A DNA stretch of 64,000 bases from Nitrospirota bacterium (GTDB lineage: Bacteria > Nitrospirota > UBA9217): assembly GCA_963749655.1 (NCBI GenBank), contig CAVVOB010000014.1, forward strand, positions 64,001 through 128,000, in the 5' to 3' direction. Positions 10,585 to 19,592 of the stretch are shown here, in pieces. A program made the translations under genes and the position numbers. Position 1 is the stretch's first letter. Each line of letters begins with the position of its first letter. The notes below the pieces were generated by a model. The model had not been told where the DNA came from. It did no database searches and worked only from the letters and a program-made list of their open reading frames with translations.

Positions 10585-11637
10585 ATGTTCAGGAACAACA
10601 CTCCGGCAGCCTTGATCGTTCTGCTCTTCTCAGCTCTCGCCCTGTCGGGCTGCGCGCGACTTCCGATCCCTGCGCCGTCGGCGCCGATCGCACCCATGGC
10701 CGAGCCCTCAGTCCCCGACTCCACGATCACCATCCCGGTCGCGATCGAGGTGCCTCCGCTTGCAGCTGACCCCGACAGGGAGAATGCCTTTGCCGGAGCG
10801 ATCAGAAATTTCATCGGGAGGCAGGCGGCGAAATTGGCAACCAGCGATCTTACAGGCAATCCGTTCCTTCGCCGGCAGATCGAAAAAGTATGGGACGCGC
10901 TCCAGGCCCCCTTGCCCCTCTCTGACGGCGTTTCGCTTCTTCTCGATCCGCAATCCCTCACCGCGGCGCCCCTGGAAGGGACCGGCGCGCGGACAGGGGT
11001 CGTCGTGTCGATCACTGCGCGGCCGCGGCTTATGGCGGGCGCCCTGCCGCCCCGGACCGCTTCGCGGCTGCCGTCCTTCTCCGTAGCGACGGCTGCGCCG
11101 GAAAAGGGTTTTCACCTCGCGCTGCAGACCGAGTTGTCCTTCGACTACCTGGGAAATGAATTGACAAAAAAGCTGGGAGGCACGACCTACCAGGTCAAGG
11201 GTGCGTCCTTCACTGTCGGGAAAGTGGGGGTCTTCGGCTCCGGCTGTTCGATTGTCCTGGCAGTCGGCATCAAGGGATCAGTCGGCGGCACGGTCTACCT
11301 GACCGGCACGCCCGTCTATGACGAAGCCACGAGGTCCTTTGTCGTTCGGGATGTCGAGTATACCCTGGAAACAACGCAGGTCCTTGCAAAACTGGCCGAC
11401 TGGGTGCTTCACAGCGGGCTTCGCGACAATCTCGCCGGCCGCGCAACCTGGCCGATGGGAGACAGGATCGATCAGGCAAGAGAACGCCTCTCCCGTGCGC
11501 TGAACCGTGAGATCAATCCTCATGTGCGCATGCAGGGAGAGATCACCTCTCTCGCGACGATCGCGGTCGGGTTGACGCCCTCCTCCGTCAAGGCAGTTCT
11601 CCTGGCCGACGGAGTGGTCGAAGTGAACGTACATTAA
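10585..11637 (+). CDS. DUF4403-family lipoprotein
   Basis: Lipobox LSGC, STITIPVAI, GTVYLTGTPVYD. Confidence 0.75.
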   Translation: MFRNNTPAALIVLLFSALALSGCARLPIPAPSAPIAPMAEPSVPDSTITIPVAIEVPPLAADPDRENAFAGAIRNFIGRQAAKLATSDLTGNPFLRRQIEKVWDALQAPLPLSDGVSLLLDPQSLTAAPLEGTGARTGVVVSITARPRLMAGALPPRTASRLPSFSVATAAPEKGFHLALQTELSFDYLGNELTKKLGGTTYQVKGASFTVGKVGVFGSGCSIVLAVGIKGSVGGTVYLTGTPVYDEATRSFVVRDVEYTLETTQVLAKLADWVLHSGLRDNLAGRATWPMGDRIDQARERLSRALNREINPHVRMQGEITSLATIAVGLTPSSVKAVLLADGVVEVNVH

Positions 11638-11676
11638 TCTAGCATAGTGCATAGAGCATGGCGCAGAGGGGAAGAT

Positions 11677-11746
11677 CTCTCTGCTCTCTGCTCTCTGCTC
11701 TCTGCTCTCTGCTCTCTGCTCTCTGCTCTCTGCTCTCTGCTCTCTG
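11677..11746. repeat. Perfect heptamer tandem repeat (CTCTCTG)x10
   Basis: Counted directly; lies between convergent genes and follows degenerate AGCATAG-like heptamers at 11641-11668. Confidence 0.95.
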
Positions 11747-11748
11747 CC

Positions 11749-12246
11749 TTACCTGTCGTCGCGATCATGACCGCGTCCGCGATTGCCCCGCCCTTTTCCG
11801 CGCCCTTCGTCCTGCCCTTCTCCGCGCTTGTCCCAGTGCCGGTCCTTCTCCCAGGCGCGCCAGTTCCTCCTTACATCGCCATAGGGTACGCGTTCGTACT
11901 GAGACGGCGCCCCACGATAATGAGCAGGCACTGTCCGCACCGCGTGAGGAACTTTTTTAACGGCTTTCCAGGGGCCGTTGTACTCCGCAGAGATGAACCA
12001 CCTGCTGCGGTACGAGCGGTACCAGTAGCCGTGGTAGAACAGGATGTCGGCATCCACGTCAGGCGGATAATAGACATAAGTCCCGGGTATGACGATCAAA
12101 AAAGGTGCGGCCGGGATGACCAGGCGCGGCAGGGGAACACCGACGTGAATGTCGACATCCACGCCTGCGTCGGCCGCCGGAGCGGCGGCCATAAAAGTAA
12201 ACCACGCTGCGACTGCTGCCAGTGATGCCAGAAATCTGTTGATCAT
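11749..12246 (-). CDS. Secreted Pro/aromatic-rich hypothetical protein
   Basis: Signal peptide, VYYPP..FYHGYWY..W..YNGPW, charged tail; RBS AAGGAGG. Confidence 0.8.
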   Translation of the reverse strand: MINRFLASLAAVAAWFTFMAAAPAADAGVDVDIHVGVPLPRLVIPAAPFLIVIPGTYVYYPPDVDADILFYHGYWYRSYRSRWFISAEYNGPWKAVKKVPHAVRTVPAHYRGAPSQYERVPYGDVRRNWRAWEKDRHWDKRGEGQDEGRGKGRGNRGRGHDRDDR

Positions 12247-12609
12247 GATGATACCTCCTTCTTTTGCCGGACGATCCGGGCAGTCATGTAACTATTCTGC
12301 CACGTCCTTTCCATAAAATCAAGGTTCTCTCCTTCTGCCCCTCCTGTTTGTCATAACCGGGCTACTTAGGTATGAAGAGTAAAGCAGCAAAGACTTTCCA
12401 CGATCCTTCCCTGTCATGAGAGCCGCAAGGCGCAAATATCTGCTATCATTTTGTCATGGGGTCCTGCGTGGGAAAGCGACGGTAAGGCGACGATGATTCG
12501 ACGAGAAGCGATATGACCCGCTCAGAGTCGACTGCTGTTTGTTGTCGATTCTTGTCAGCGTTCAAGGCGTCGCCCTTTTGAGTGCAGGACAGACGGAAAG
12601 GAGCACACC

Positions 12610-13671
12610 ATGCGTTATCGATTATTCGGCAACACCGGTATTTATATATCCGAGCTGACGCTCGGCACCATGACCTTCGGCGGAAAGGGCTACTGGGAGG
12701 CGATCGGACGGCTCACCCCGGCGGAAGCGGAGGCGCTCATCGGCACGGCGCTTGACGCGGGCGTGAATGCAATCGACACGGCGGACGTCTACTCCGAAGG
12801 CGAAGCCGAGAAGCACGTCGGCGCCGCCCTCGCGTCGCTGAACCGTCCGCGCCACCGGATCATCGTCGCGACAAAAGCGCGCGGCAGGACCGGCCCCGGT
12901 CCGAACGACATCGGCCTGTCTCGCGGCCATATCCTATCGGCCGTTGACGCCAGCCTGAAGCGCCTGCGGCTCGACTACATCGATCTGTACCAGATCCACG
13001 GCACGGACCTCGATACGCCGATCGAGGAGACCATGCGCGCCCTGGACGACGTGGTCCGTGCGGGCAAGGTCCGCTACATCGGATACTGCAACCTTCCGGC
13101 CTGGCATGCGATGAAGGCGAATGCCTATGCCGAAGCGCGCGGCCTCACCCGCTTCGTGAGCGCCCAGATGTACTACTCGATAGCGGGCAGGGACATCGAG
13201 CGCGAAGTCGTGCCCTTTGCCGCGGACCAGGGCCTTGCCATTCTTCCCTGGAGCCCGCTCGCAGGCGGCCTGCTCTCGGGCAAGTTCGACCTCGAGAAGC
13301 CGGGGCCCGAGGGCGCCAGGAGAACGTCTTTCGATTTCCCGCCTGTTGACCGAGAGCGGGCGAAGAACGTGCTTGGCGTGATGCGCCCCATTGCCGCGAG
13401 CCTGGGGGTTTCGGTGGCGCGGGTGGCCCTGGCCTGGATGCTGACGCGGCCCTTTGTCACGAGCATCATCATCGGCGCGAAAACAAAGGAGCAGCTCATG
13501 GACAACCTCGCAGCCGGCGATTTGCAGCTTTCCGCGGAGCAGGTGGCCCGCCTCGACGAAGCGGGCGCGCTCCCGAAAGAGTATCCCGGCTGGATGGTAG
13601 AGCGCCAGGACCGCGACCGCAGGCCCGTGGCGGAAGCAAACAAGGAGCCGGCAATCAAGAAGGCGGCGTAA
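12610..13671 (+). CDS. Aldo/keto reductase
   Basis: LGTMTFG, IDTADVYS, DYIDLYQIH, WSPLAGG. Confidence 0.95.
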   Translation: MRYRLFGNTGIYISELTLGTMTFGGKGYWEAIGRLTPAEAEALIGTALDAGVNAIDTADVYSEGEAEKHVGAALASLNRPRHRIIVATKARGRTGPGPNDIGLSRGHILSAVDASLKRLRLDYIDLYQIHGTDLDTPIEETMRALDDVVRAGKVRYIGYCNLPAWHAMKANAYAEARGLTRFVSAQMYYSIAGRDIEREVVPFAADQGLAILPWSPLAGGLLSGKFDLEKPGPEGARRTSFDFPPVDRERAKNVLGVMRPIAASLGVSVARVALAWMLTRPFVTSIIIGAKTKEQLMDNLAAGDLQLSAEQVARLDEAGALPKEYPGWMVERQDRDRRPVAEANKEPAIKKAA

Positions 13672-13709
13672 ACTCGGGTCAAGCTCTGATCAAACGAGAG
13701 ACAAATTTT

Positions 13710-13792
13710 CGCGCAGAGACGCCGGGACGCTGAGAGAAAGTGCGCGTGCCTTTCCAGAGCATCTCCCTCCGCGCCTCTGCGTCTCCGCGCGG
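13710..13792. repeat. Triplet-arm inverted repeat element (CGCAGAG type)
   Basis: CGCGCAGAGACGCCGGGACGCTGAG ... CTCCGCGCCTCTGCGTCTCCGCGCG. Confidence 0.7.
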
Positions 13793-13863
13793 GACTAATT
13801 TTAATCCTGCTGCATGTTAATCAATATTGTTCTATCGTTCTGATCCAGGAAGGAGCAGCATCC

Positions 13864-14835
13864 ATGAAAGCCATCAAAATTTCTAAGAACGGCGATGCCG
13901 ACGTTCTGACTTTCACCGACAAGGAACCAAAACCTGTTCCGGGCAGGGGCCAGGCCCTGGTAAAGATCCACACCGCAGGCGTGAACTTTGTCGACATCTA
14001 CCAGAGGCGGGGCATGTACCCCGTAAAACTTCCCTATATCCCCGGCCTGGAGGCTGCGGGTGTGGTCGAGGAGACGGGCGAAGCCGTTGCCGATCTGCAT
14101 CCGGGCGACCGGGTCTCCTATACCGGTCATCTCGGCAGCTACAGCGAGTATACGGCGATCGATGCCGAACGCCTGATCCCGCTGCCCGAGGGAATAACAT
14201 TTTCGCAGGGGGCCGCATTCCCCCTGCAGGCCATGACCGCCCACTACCTGCTCCATGATTTCTATAAACCCGGCTCCGGCGACACGGTCGTGATCCATGC
14301 CGCAGCCGGAGGAGTCGGCCTTCTTCTCGTACAGTGGGCCAAACACCTGGGCGCCGTGGTCATCGGGACCGTGTCCTCGGAGGAAAAAGCCCGTGCGGCC
14401 CGGGCCGCGGGCGCCGATCATGTTGTCCTCTACACGTCCCAGGATTTTGTGAGCGAGACCAAACGCCTGACGCACGGACGGGGCGCGCAGCTCATCCTGG
14501 ACGGCGTAGCGAAGACCACATTCACCGGCGATCTCGAGGCGGCCGCCGTCCGAGGCCATATCGTGGTTTTCGGGTCCGCAAGCGGGCCTGCTGATCCCGT
14601 CCTGCCCAACAGCCTGGGAGCGAAATCGCTGACCATCTCGGGCGGAAGCCTGGGTAATCACATTGCCGCGCGCGAAGACCTGGTCCGCCGGTCCCGTGCC
14701 GTTCTGGGCGGCATCAAGGACGGCTGGCTCAAACTCCACATCGGCCGCGAGTTCCCGCTGTCCGAAGCGAGGGAGGCGCACCGTCTCCTGGAAAATCGCC
14801 AGAGCACGGGCAAGATCATTCTGAAGGTGGTCTAG
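13864..14835 (+). CDS. qor: NADPH:quinone oxidoreductase (zeta-crystallin/MDR family)
   Basis: GVNFVD, IHAAAGGVG, STGKIIL. Confidence 0.9.
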   Translation: MKAIKISKNGDADVLTFTDKEPKPVPGRGQALVKIHTAGVNFVDIYQRRGMYPVKLPYIPGLEAAGVVEETGEAVADLHPGDRVSYTGHLGSYSEYTAIDAERLIPLPEGITFSQGAAFPLQAMTAHYLLHDFYKPGSGDTVVIHAAAGGVGLLLVQWAKHLGAVVIGTVSSEEKARAARAAGADHVVLYTSQDFVSETKRLTHGRGAQLILDGVAKTTFTGDLEAAAVRGHIVVFGSASGPADPVLPNSLGAKSLTISGGSLGNHIAAREDLVRRSRAVLGGIKDGWLKLHIGREFPLSEAREAHRLLENRQSTGKIILKVV

Positions 14836-14902
14836 GCACAATCGTCCTCTCCACCTATTTCCCGGCATTGCTGTACCATATGATAAAATGAAAAGATTTT
14901 TT

Positions 14903-15087
14903 ACCGCAGAAAACGCAGAGCACGCAGAACACAACTGAGGGGACGACGCTTCGGGCCCTGAATTGGATTGGAAAGGACAAAAAACCATCTCGCGCCAAGA
15001 CGCAAAGACGCAAAAAAAGATTTTGAACCCGGAATCAAGTCTTAAGAACTTCTTGCCTTTCTTGGCGGCTTTGCGCCTTTGCGCGAA
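14903..15087. repeat. Orphan left arm (CGCAGAG x3) plus complete CGCAAAG-type inverted element
   Basis: CCGCAGAAAACGCAGAGCACGCAGAA; CGCCAAGACGCAAAGACGCAAA ... CTTGGCGGCTTTGCGCCTTTGCGCG. Confidence 0.75.
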
Positions 15088-15158
15088 AATAGTTTTCGCT
15101 TCTTCGTTTCGATTCTATTCGAACAATCAGGCTTTCAAGACAGGAGAGGAGAAAAAAC

Positions 15159-15668
15159 GTGACCAATTTCAAAAAGACCGAACCGGAACAGCTCACGGAC
15201 AATCCCTTCAAGCTCATCGGCAAGGACTGGATGCTCATCACCGCAGGCACGACCGATTCGTTCAATACGATGACCGCAAGCTGGGGAGGGCTCGGAGTCC
15301 TGTGGGAAAAGAAAATTGCCGTCTGCTTCATCCGGCCTACACGGTACACCTTTGAATTCATGGAGCGGTCGGGAAGCTACACGCTTTCCTTCTTTGCCGA
15401 ACGCCACCGCAAGGCACTTGCTTACTGCGGCAGCCATTCCGGTCGTGATGAGAACAAGATTGCAAAAGCGGGCCTGACGCCGGTTTCGGACAAGGACGTT
15501 GTGTATTTCAAAGAAGCCAGGCTTGTACTGGTCTGCAGAAAACTGTATTCTCAGGACATCGACCCCAAACGCTTCCTCGATCCGGCGATCGAAAATATGT
15601 ATCCGCAGAAGGATTATCACCGGATGTATGTGGGCGAGATCGTGTCGGTACGGAGCTCGGAGCAATAA
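15159..15668 (+). CDS. Flavin reductase-family protein
   Basis: WMLITAG..NTMTASWGG..RPTRYT..CGSHSGRD..DYH. Confidence 0.9.
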   Translation: MTNFKKTEPEQLTDNPFKLIGKDWMLITAGTTDSFNTMTASWGGLGVLWEKKIAVCFIRPTRYTFEFMERSGSYTLSFFAERHRKALAYCGSHSGRDENKIAKAGLTPVSDKDVVYFKEARLVLVCRKLYSQDIDPKRFLDPAIENMYPQKDYHRMYVGEIVSVRSSEQ

Positions 15669-15692
15669 CTGTAATGCAAGCCTGACATCTTT

Positions 15693-15771
15693 TACCACAG
15701 AGAACATCAGGAGAAGGCAAACACCAAAACTTTTTAAATCTTTTCTCTGTGTTCTCTGTGACCTCTGTGGC
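15693..15771. repeat. Inverted element (CACAGAG type)
   Basis: ACCACAGAGAACA ... CTCTGTGTTCTCTGTGACCTCTGTGGC. Confidence 0.7.
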
Positions 15772-15865
15772 AAAGCATTTATGAGTTTTTTCTGGATTCC
15801 CGGTTTAGCCTGCATTACAACTATTCCGCCTTAATTGCGCGAGGAAGACTTGCAGAAAGGCCCTC

Positions 15866-16534
15866 ATGTGCGGACGATTCGAAATCCACAGCGCCATCGA
15901 GATCATCGCCCGGATCTTCCAGATCGACGACATCTCCTTCGATATCAGGCCGAGCTACAATGTCGCGCCGGGCCAGGATGTCGTCACCGTCGTCTTCAAT
16001 GACGGAATAAACCGGCTCATGACCTGCCGGTGGGGATTCGTGCCGCCGTGGTCAAAGGACCTGAAGAGCGGTTACCGGATGATCAATGCCCGTGAGGAGA
16101 ATATCGCCGCGAGTCGCGCGTTCAGGCCGGCCTATGAACGCAGGCGCGGCATCGTCGTCGCCGACGGTTTCTTCGAGTGGAACCGGGAAAAGAAGCCCTT
16201 CTACATCCGGCTGAAGTCCGGGGCCCCCATGGGCTTTGCCGGCCTGTACAGCGTCTGGACCTCGCCCGAGGGAGAGGCTGTCCGCACCTGCGCCGTCATC
16301 ACCACCAATGCCAACGAGCTCGTCGCTCCCCTTCATGACCGTATGCCTGTGATCATGTCGGCGGATAAATACGGCCAATGGCTCGATCCGGACATGCACG
16401 ACCCGGAAAAGCTTCGAAGCCTGCTCAGGCCCTGCCCCGCCAAGGAGATCGAGCTCTACCCCGTGACCTCCCGTGTGAATTCCTTCAAGAACAACGATCC
16501 GGAAAATATCAGGCCGCTGCGGGAAACGGCTTGA
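15866..16534 (+). CDS. SOS response-associated peptidase (SRAP/YedK/HMCES family)
   Basis: N-terminal MCGRF, YNVAP, INAR, FFEW, HDRMPVI. Confidence 0.95.
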   Translation: MCGRFEIHSAIEIIARIFQIDDISFDIRPSYNVAPGQDVVTVVFNDGINRLMTCRWGFVPPWSKDLKSGYRMINAREENIAASRAFRPAYERRRGIVVADGFFEWNREKKPFYIRLKSGAPMGFAGLYSVWTSPEGEAVRTCAVITTNANELVAPLHDRMPVIMSADKYGQWLDPDMHDPEKLRSLLRPCPAKEIELYPVTSRVNSFKNNDPENIRPLRETA

Positions 16535-16621
16535 GACAACCTCACCACCGCGTTCTCTCCTCGCAAACAGGGTAACGACTGTTGTAGAATGTCAGTGTGA
16601 AGCACATTTATAGGAGGGCAC

Positions 16622-17263
16622 ATGAAAACAATCCTCATTGCAACCGCACTGCTGTCGCTGATCATTGCTGTACCTGCATTCGCTGCTGACGACGCTCTGG
16701 CGACTGATACTCAAAGCCAGGCCGTTGTGATCTTTGAGCAGGGAAGCAGCTTCCTTCTGGACAAGAAGTATGAAGAAGCTAAAAAAGCTTTCCGCGAAGC
16801 GATCGCTCTGGACCCGAACTACGTGGAGGCATACGATAGCCTGGGGAAGATTCTGGTGCAGCAGCAGAAGTACAACGAAGCGGTAAAAGAGTTCTCCAAG
16901 GCCCTCGAGCTTTCGTCCGGTGACTTCACGGCGTACTTTAACCGCGGTGTCGCCTTGTATCACCTGGGGAAGCTGGACGACGCGATCCGTGATTTCACCG
17001 AGGTCATTCGAGTCTACCCGAAGAACCAGGCTGCGTACAATATCCGCGGCATTGCCAAGTTCGAGCAGGGGAAGATCAACGAGGCGATCGAAGACTACAC
17101 GAAGGCCATCCAGCTCAATCCTGGTTACGCCAAGGCATTCAACAACCGGGCGATCGCCTATCTGAAACAGGGCATGAACGCCGAAGCGGCGCGTGATTTC
17201 GCCAAGTCCGGACAGGCCATGCCCGAATCTACGGAAAAACGTCCCAGCCAGTGTGCCTTTTAA
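16622..17263 (+). CDS. Secreted TPR-repeat protein
   Basis: Signal peptide, repeated AYxNRG TPR motifs. Confidence 0.9.
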   Translation: MKTILIATALLSLIIAVPAFAADDALATDTQSQAVVIFEQGSSFLLDKKYEEAKKAFREAIALDPNYVEAYDSLGKILVQQQKYNEAVKEFSKALELSSGDFTAYFNRGVALYHLGKLDDAIRDFTEVIRVYPKNQAAYNIRGIAKFEQGKINEAIEDYTKAIQLNPGYAKAFNNRAIAYLKQGMNAEAARDFAKSGQAMPESTEKRPSQCAF

Positions 17264-17497
17264 ATGGAGGACTAGGACCGGCGTTTCGGGCCTGAGGCGC
17301 AGGGCGCTGCGAATTTTCCGCACATTCCCGCATGAAAACGCTCTCCGGTTGCCAAATAGTGCGTTTTGTAAACGAATTGCAAAAAGCTTTGCTATACTAT
17401 AGTCACAGGTTCGCATTCACTGCTGAAAGGCGCACAAAAAAACTGTCCGCAACTTGGATGAGGCGATGATTTCGTCACGAGAGACCGAGGAGGGACT

Positions 17498-17665
17498 ATG
17501 AAACATTTCATGTTTATCGAGGACTTGTTCTCCAAACGGCTTGAACCCGTGCAGGAAGAGACTGATTTTCTCGGGTTTGAGGCTTTTTCGAGGCCGAACG
17601 AGAGGAACGACAGCTCGACGACGACCTCCGCTCCCGACAATAAAGAGATTTCGAAGGCAGCCTGA
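17498..17665 (+). CDS. Small hypothetical protein (55 aa), below the ORF-track cutoff
   Basis: RBS GAGGAGG, then MKHFMFIEDLFSKRLEPVQEE...SKAA. Confidence 0.5.
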   Translation: MKHFMFIEDLFSKRLEPVQEETDFLGFEAFSRPNERNDSSTTTSAPDNKEISKAA

Positions 17666-17777
17666 TTTCCCGCTTCTACGGCAGGTTTCTGATCAATCAC
17701 CGCCCAACGTGTTTGCTATTGTTTTTCCTCTCCATTTTCCAAGCCTTTCCCGCAGCCGCAACATCCAAACACAAATT

Positions 17778-18443
17778 TCAGTTGTACTTGAGCCCGACAA
17801 GGTACGTACCGTCTGCCAGCCTGCTTACCCAGCGGACCGCTGCGGCGGGAGAGGCGATGGACAATTTCGTATGCACCCGTATTTGCTGCTCAGTCAGGAG
17901 CGGCATGGCAAGCTTGAGGCACAGTCCGGACCTGCTGCTGTTGACGGCGGTAACATCCATGATCTTGTCGCCCAGAAGGACGAGACAGGGAATTTCCTGA
18001 GAGTAGACATACCGTTCTTCTTTCCGCGGCGCGGCAAGCGGCCGCGACAGGTCCGTTCTTTGTTCGCATTCCGCGATCCATTCCTCGAGATCGTCTCTGT
18101 CCACAGGCTTTTCGAAAAAGGCGCATCCCAGTTCGAGCGCCTTTTGCCTGACCTTTTCCTGCCCTGATATCAACGCTTTATTTTTCATCGGCAGGCTGCA
18201 CCCGTGCCCGCTTTGCGCTCTGAGCAGGTCCAGGCCGTTCATGCGGGGCATTGTGTAATCGGTGATCAGGATGTCGGCGCACGGGTCAAGTCCCGTGGCT
18301 GCTTCCGCGTTCTCGGCATGGATCGGACAGATGACGGGTTCGGAATAAGCGAGCACGTCATATCCTTTCGACAGGAACAGGTCTGAATAGAGGCGCAGCT
18401 GAAGCGCTTCGTCCTCGAAAATAATGGCTCTTCGCTTTCTCAT
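17778..18443 (-). CDS. Response regulator, REC plus C-terminal PilZ domain
   Basis: IFEDE, ITDYTMP, KP; PilZ RxxxR (RKEER) and NSSRSG. Confidence 0.85.
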   Translation of the reverse strand: MRKRRAIIFEDEALQLRLYSDLFLSKGYDVLAYSEPVICPIHAENAEAATGLDPCADILITDYTMPRMNGLDLLRAQSGHGCSLPMKNKALISGQEKVRQKALELGCAFFEKPVDRDDLEEWIAECEQRTDLSRPLAAPRKEERYVYSQEIPCLVLLGDKIMDVTAVNSSRSGLCLKLAMPLLTEQQIRVHTKLSIASPAAAVRWVSRLADGTYLVGLKYN

Positions 18444-18763
18444 AGTTGTTCTCCCGTTCTTTGATCGCGACCGCCGCTTGCAGCACTATTTAAACTATAG
18501 AGCCCGCCTGGATGTCAGTCAAGTGGACACTTTGTTTCTAAAAATTCCAGCGACTATCATGATATTTAAATCCGGCCGCGTCTGCACTTCGCCCCTCTCG
18601 AATACATTCGTTTTGTCGCCTTAATGCGCCTCGGGCACAAAGTATCTCCTTGATTTTACAAACACAATAATGGTAAGATCATCCCAGTCGACGCAATTGC
18701 CTCGGGGGGGGCGAGATGCACAATGACCACGATCGCCGGAAAACCGGCTGCATGCCGGGCCTT

Positions 18764-19592
18764 ATGAACCGCCTCCACGTCCGCGCTCTCGCCATACTCA
18801 TCATCCTCTGCTTCAGCATCCCGCAGGCAGCACCAGCAGCAGAACACCTCACCGCAAGCGGCTGTTCCGTCAGCAATGTAGGATACCTTACAGCGCTCGC
18901 CCAGGAATACGAGCGTCGCACCGGCGTGAAGATCTTCGTCCGGGGGGGCGGCAGCGTCGTGGGAATCGAGGACCTGCGCAGCGGCAAGGTCGACTTCGCC
19001 GCAGCCTGCCGGCCCCGGGGCGCAGGCGACCCGCAGGAGATCGAGTTCGTTCAGGTCGCCTGGGACGCCCTCGTGTTCATCGTCCATACATCAAATCCCG
19101 TCACCAACATTACCCTCGATAACGTCCGGTCGATCTACGCCGGCAGGATCACCGACTGGCGGGAGCTCGGCGGCCCCGCCGCGCCGATCAAAGTCTTCGT
19201 TTCCCGGACGAGGCAGGGTCTTTCGGGCGTTGAAGCGTCCACCAAAGCCCTCGTATTGAAGGGTGAAGATCCCGTCGAGTCGCCGAACATGCTCTTTGCA
19301 GCGTCCTCGGGCATTGTCGAGCAGCTGGTAGAGGAGACCCCTGCCGGTTTTGCGACGACGGGGATCACGCAGCGCACGGAAGCGGAAGGTCGCCATGCTG
19401 AAGGTGAACGGCGTCGCCCCCACGAACAAGGCCATTATCCGCGACCGCTATCCGATGAAGCGGCCGCTTTTCCTGCTGGTCCCGAAAAAGGCAAAGCCGG
19501 AAGTGAAGCGCTTCGTCGATTTCGCCCTGAGCGGCGAAGGCCAGAAATATCTCCGTTCCCTCAATGTCATCTCGCTCCGGGACATTCCATGA
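18764..19592 (+). CDS. PstS-like periplasmic substrate-binding protein (frameshift near 19368)
   Basis: GGGSVVGI, VAWDALVFIVH..NPV; C-terminus VNGVAPT..YPMKRPLFL..FVDFALSGEGQ lies in another frame. Confidence 0.8.

Noticed and set aside
11647-12225. ORFs with LSALCSL repeats
   Set aside because: Translation artefact of the CTCTCTG tandem repeat, antisense to a real gene
12287-12302. Possible sigma54 promoter TGGCAG-N5-TTACA
   Set aside because: Lacks the -12 GC; an overlapping sigma70-like TTGATT-17-CAGAAT explains it equally well
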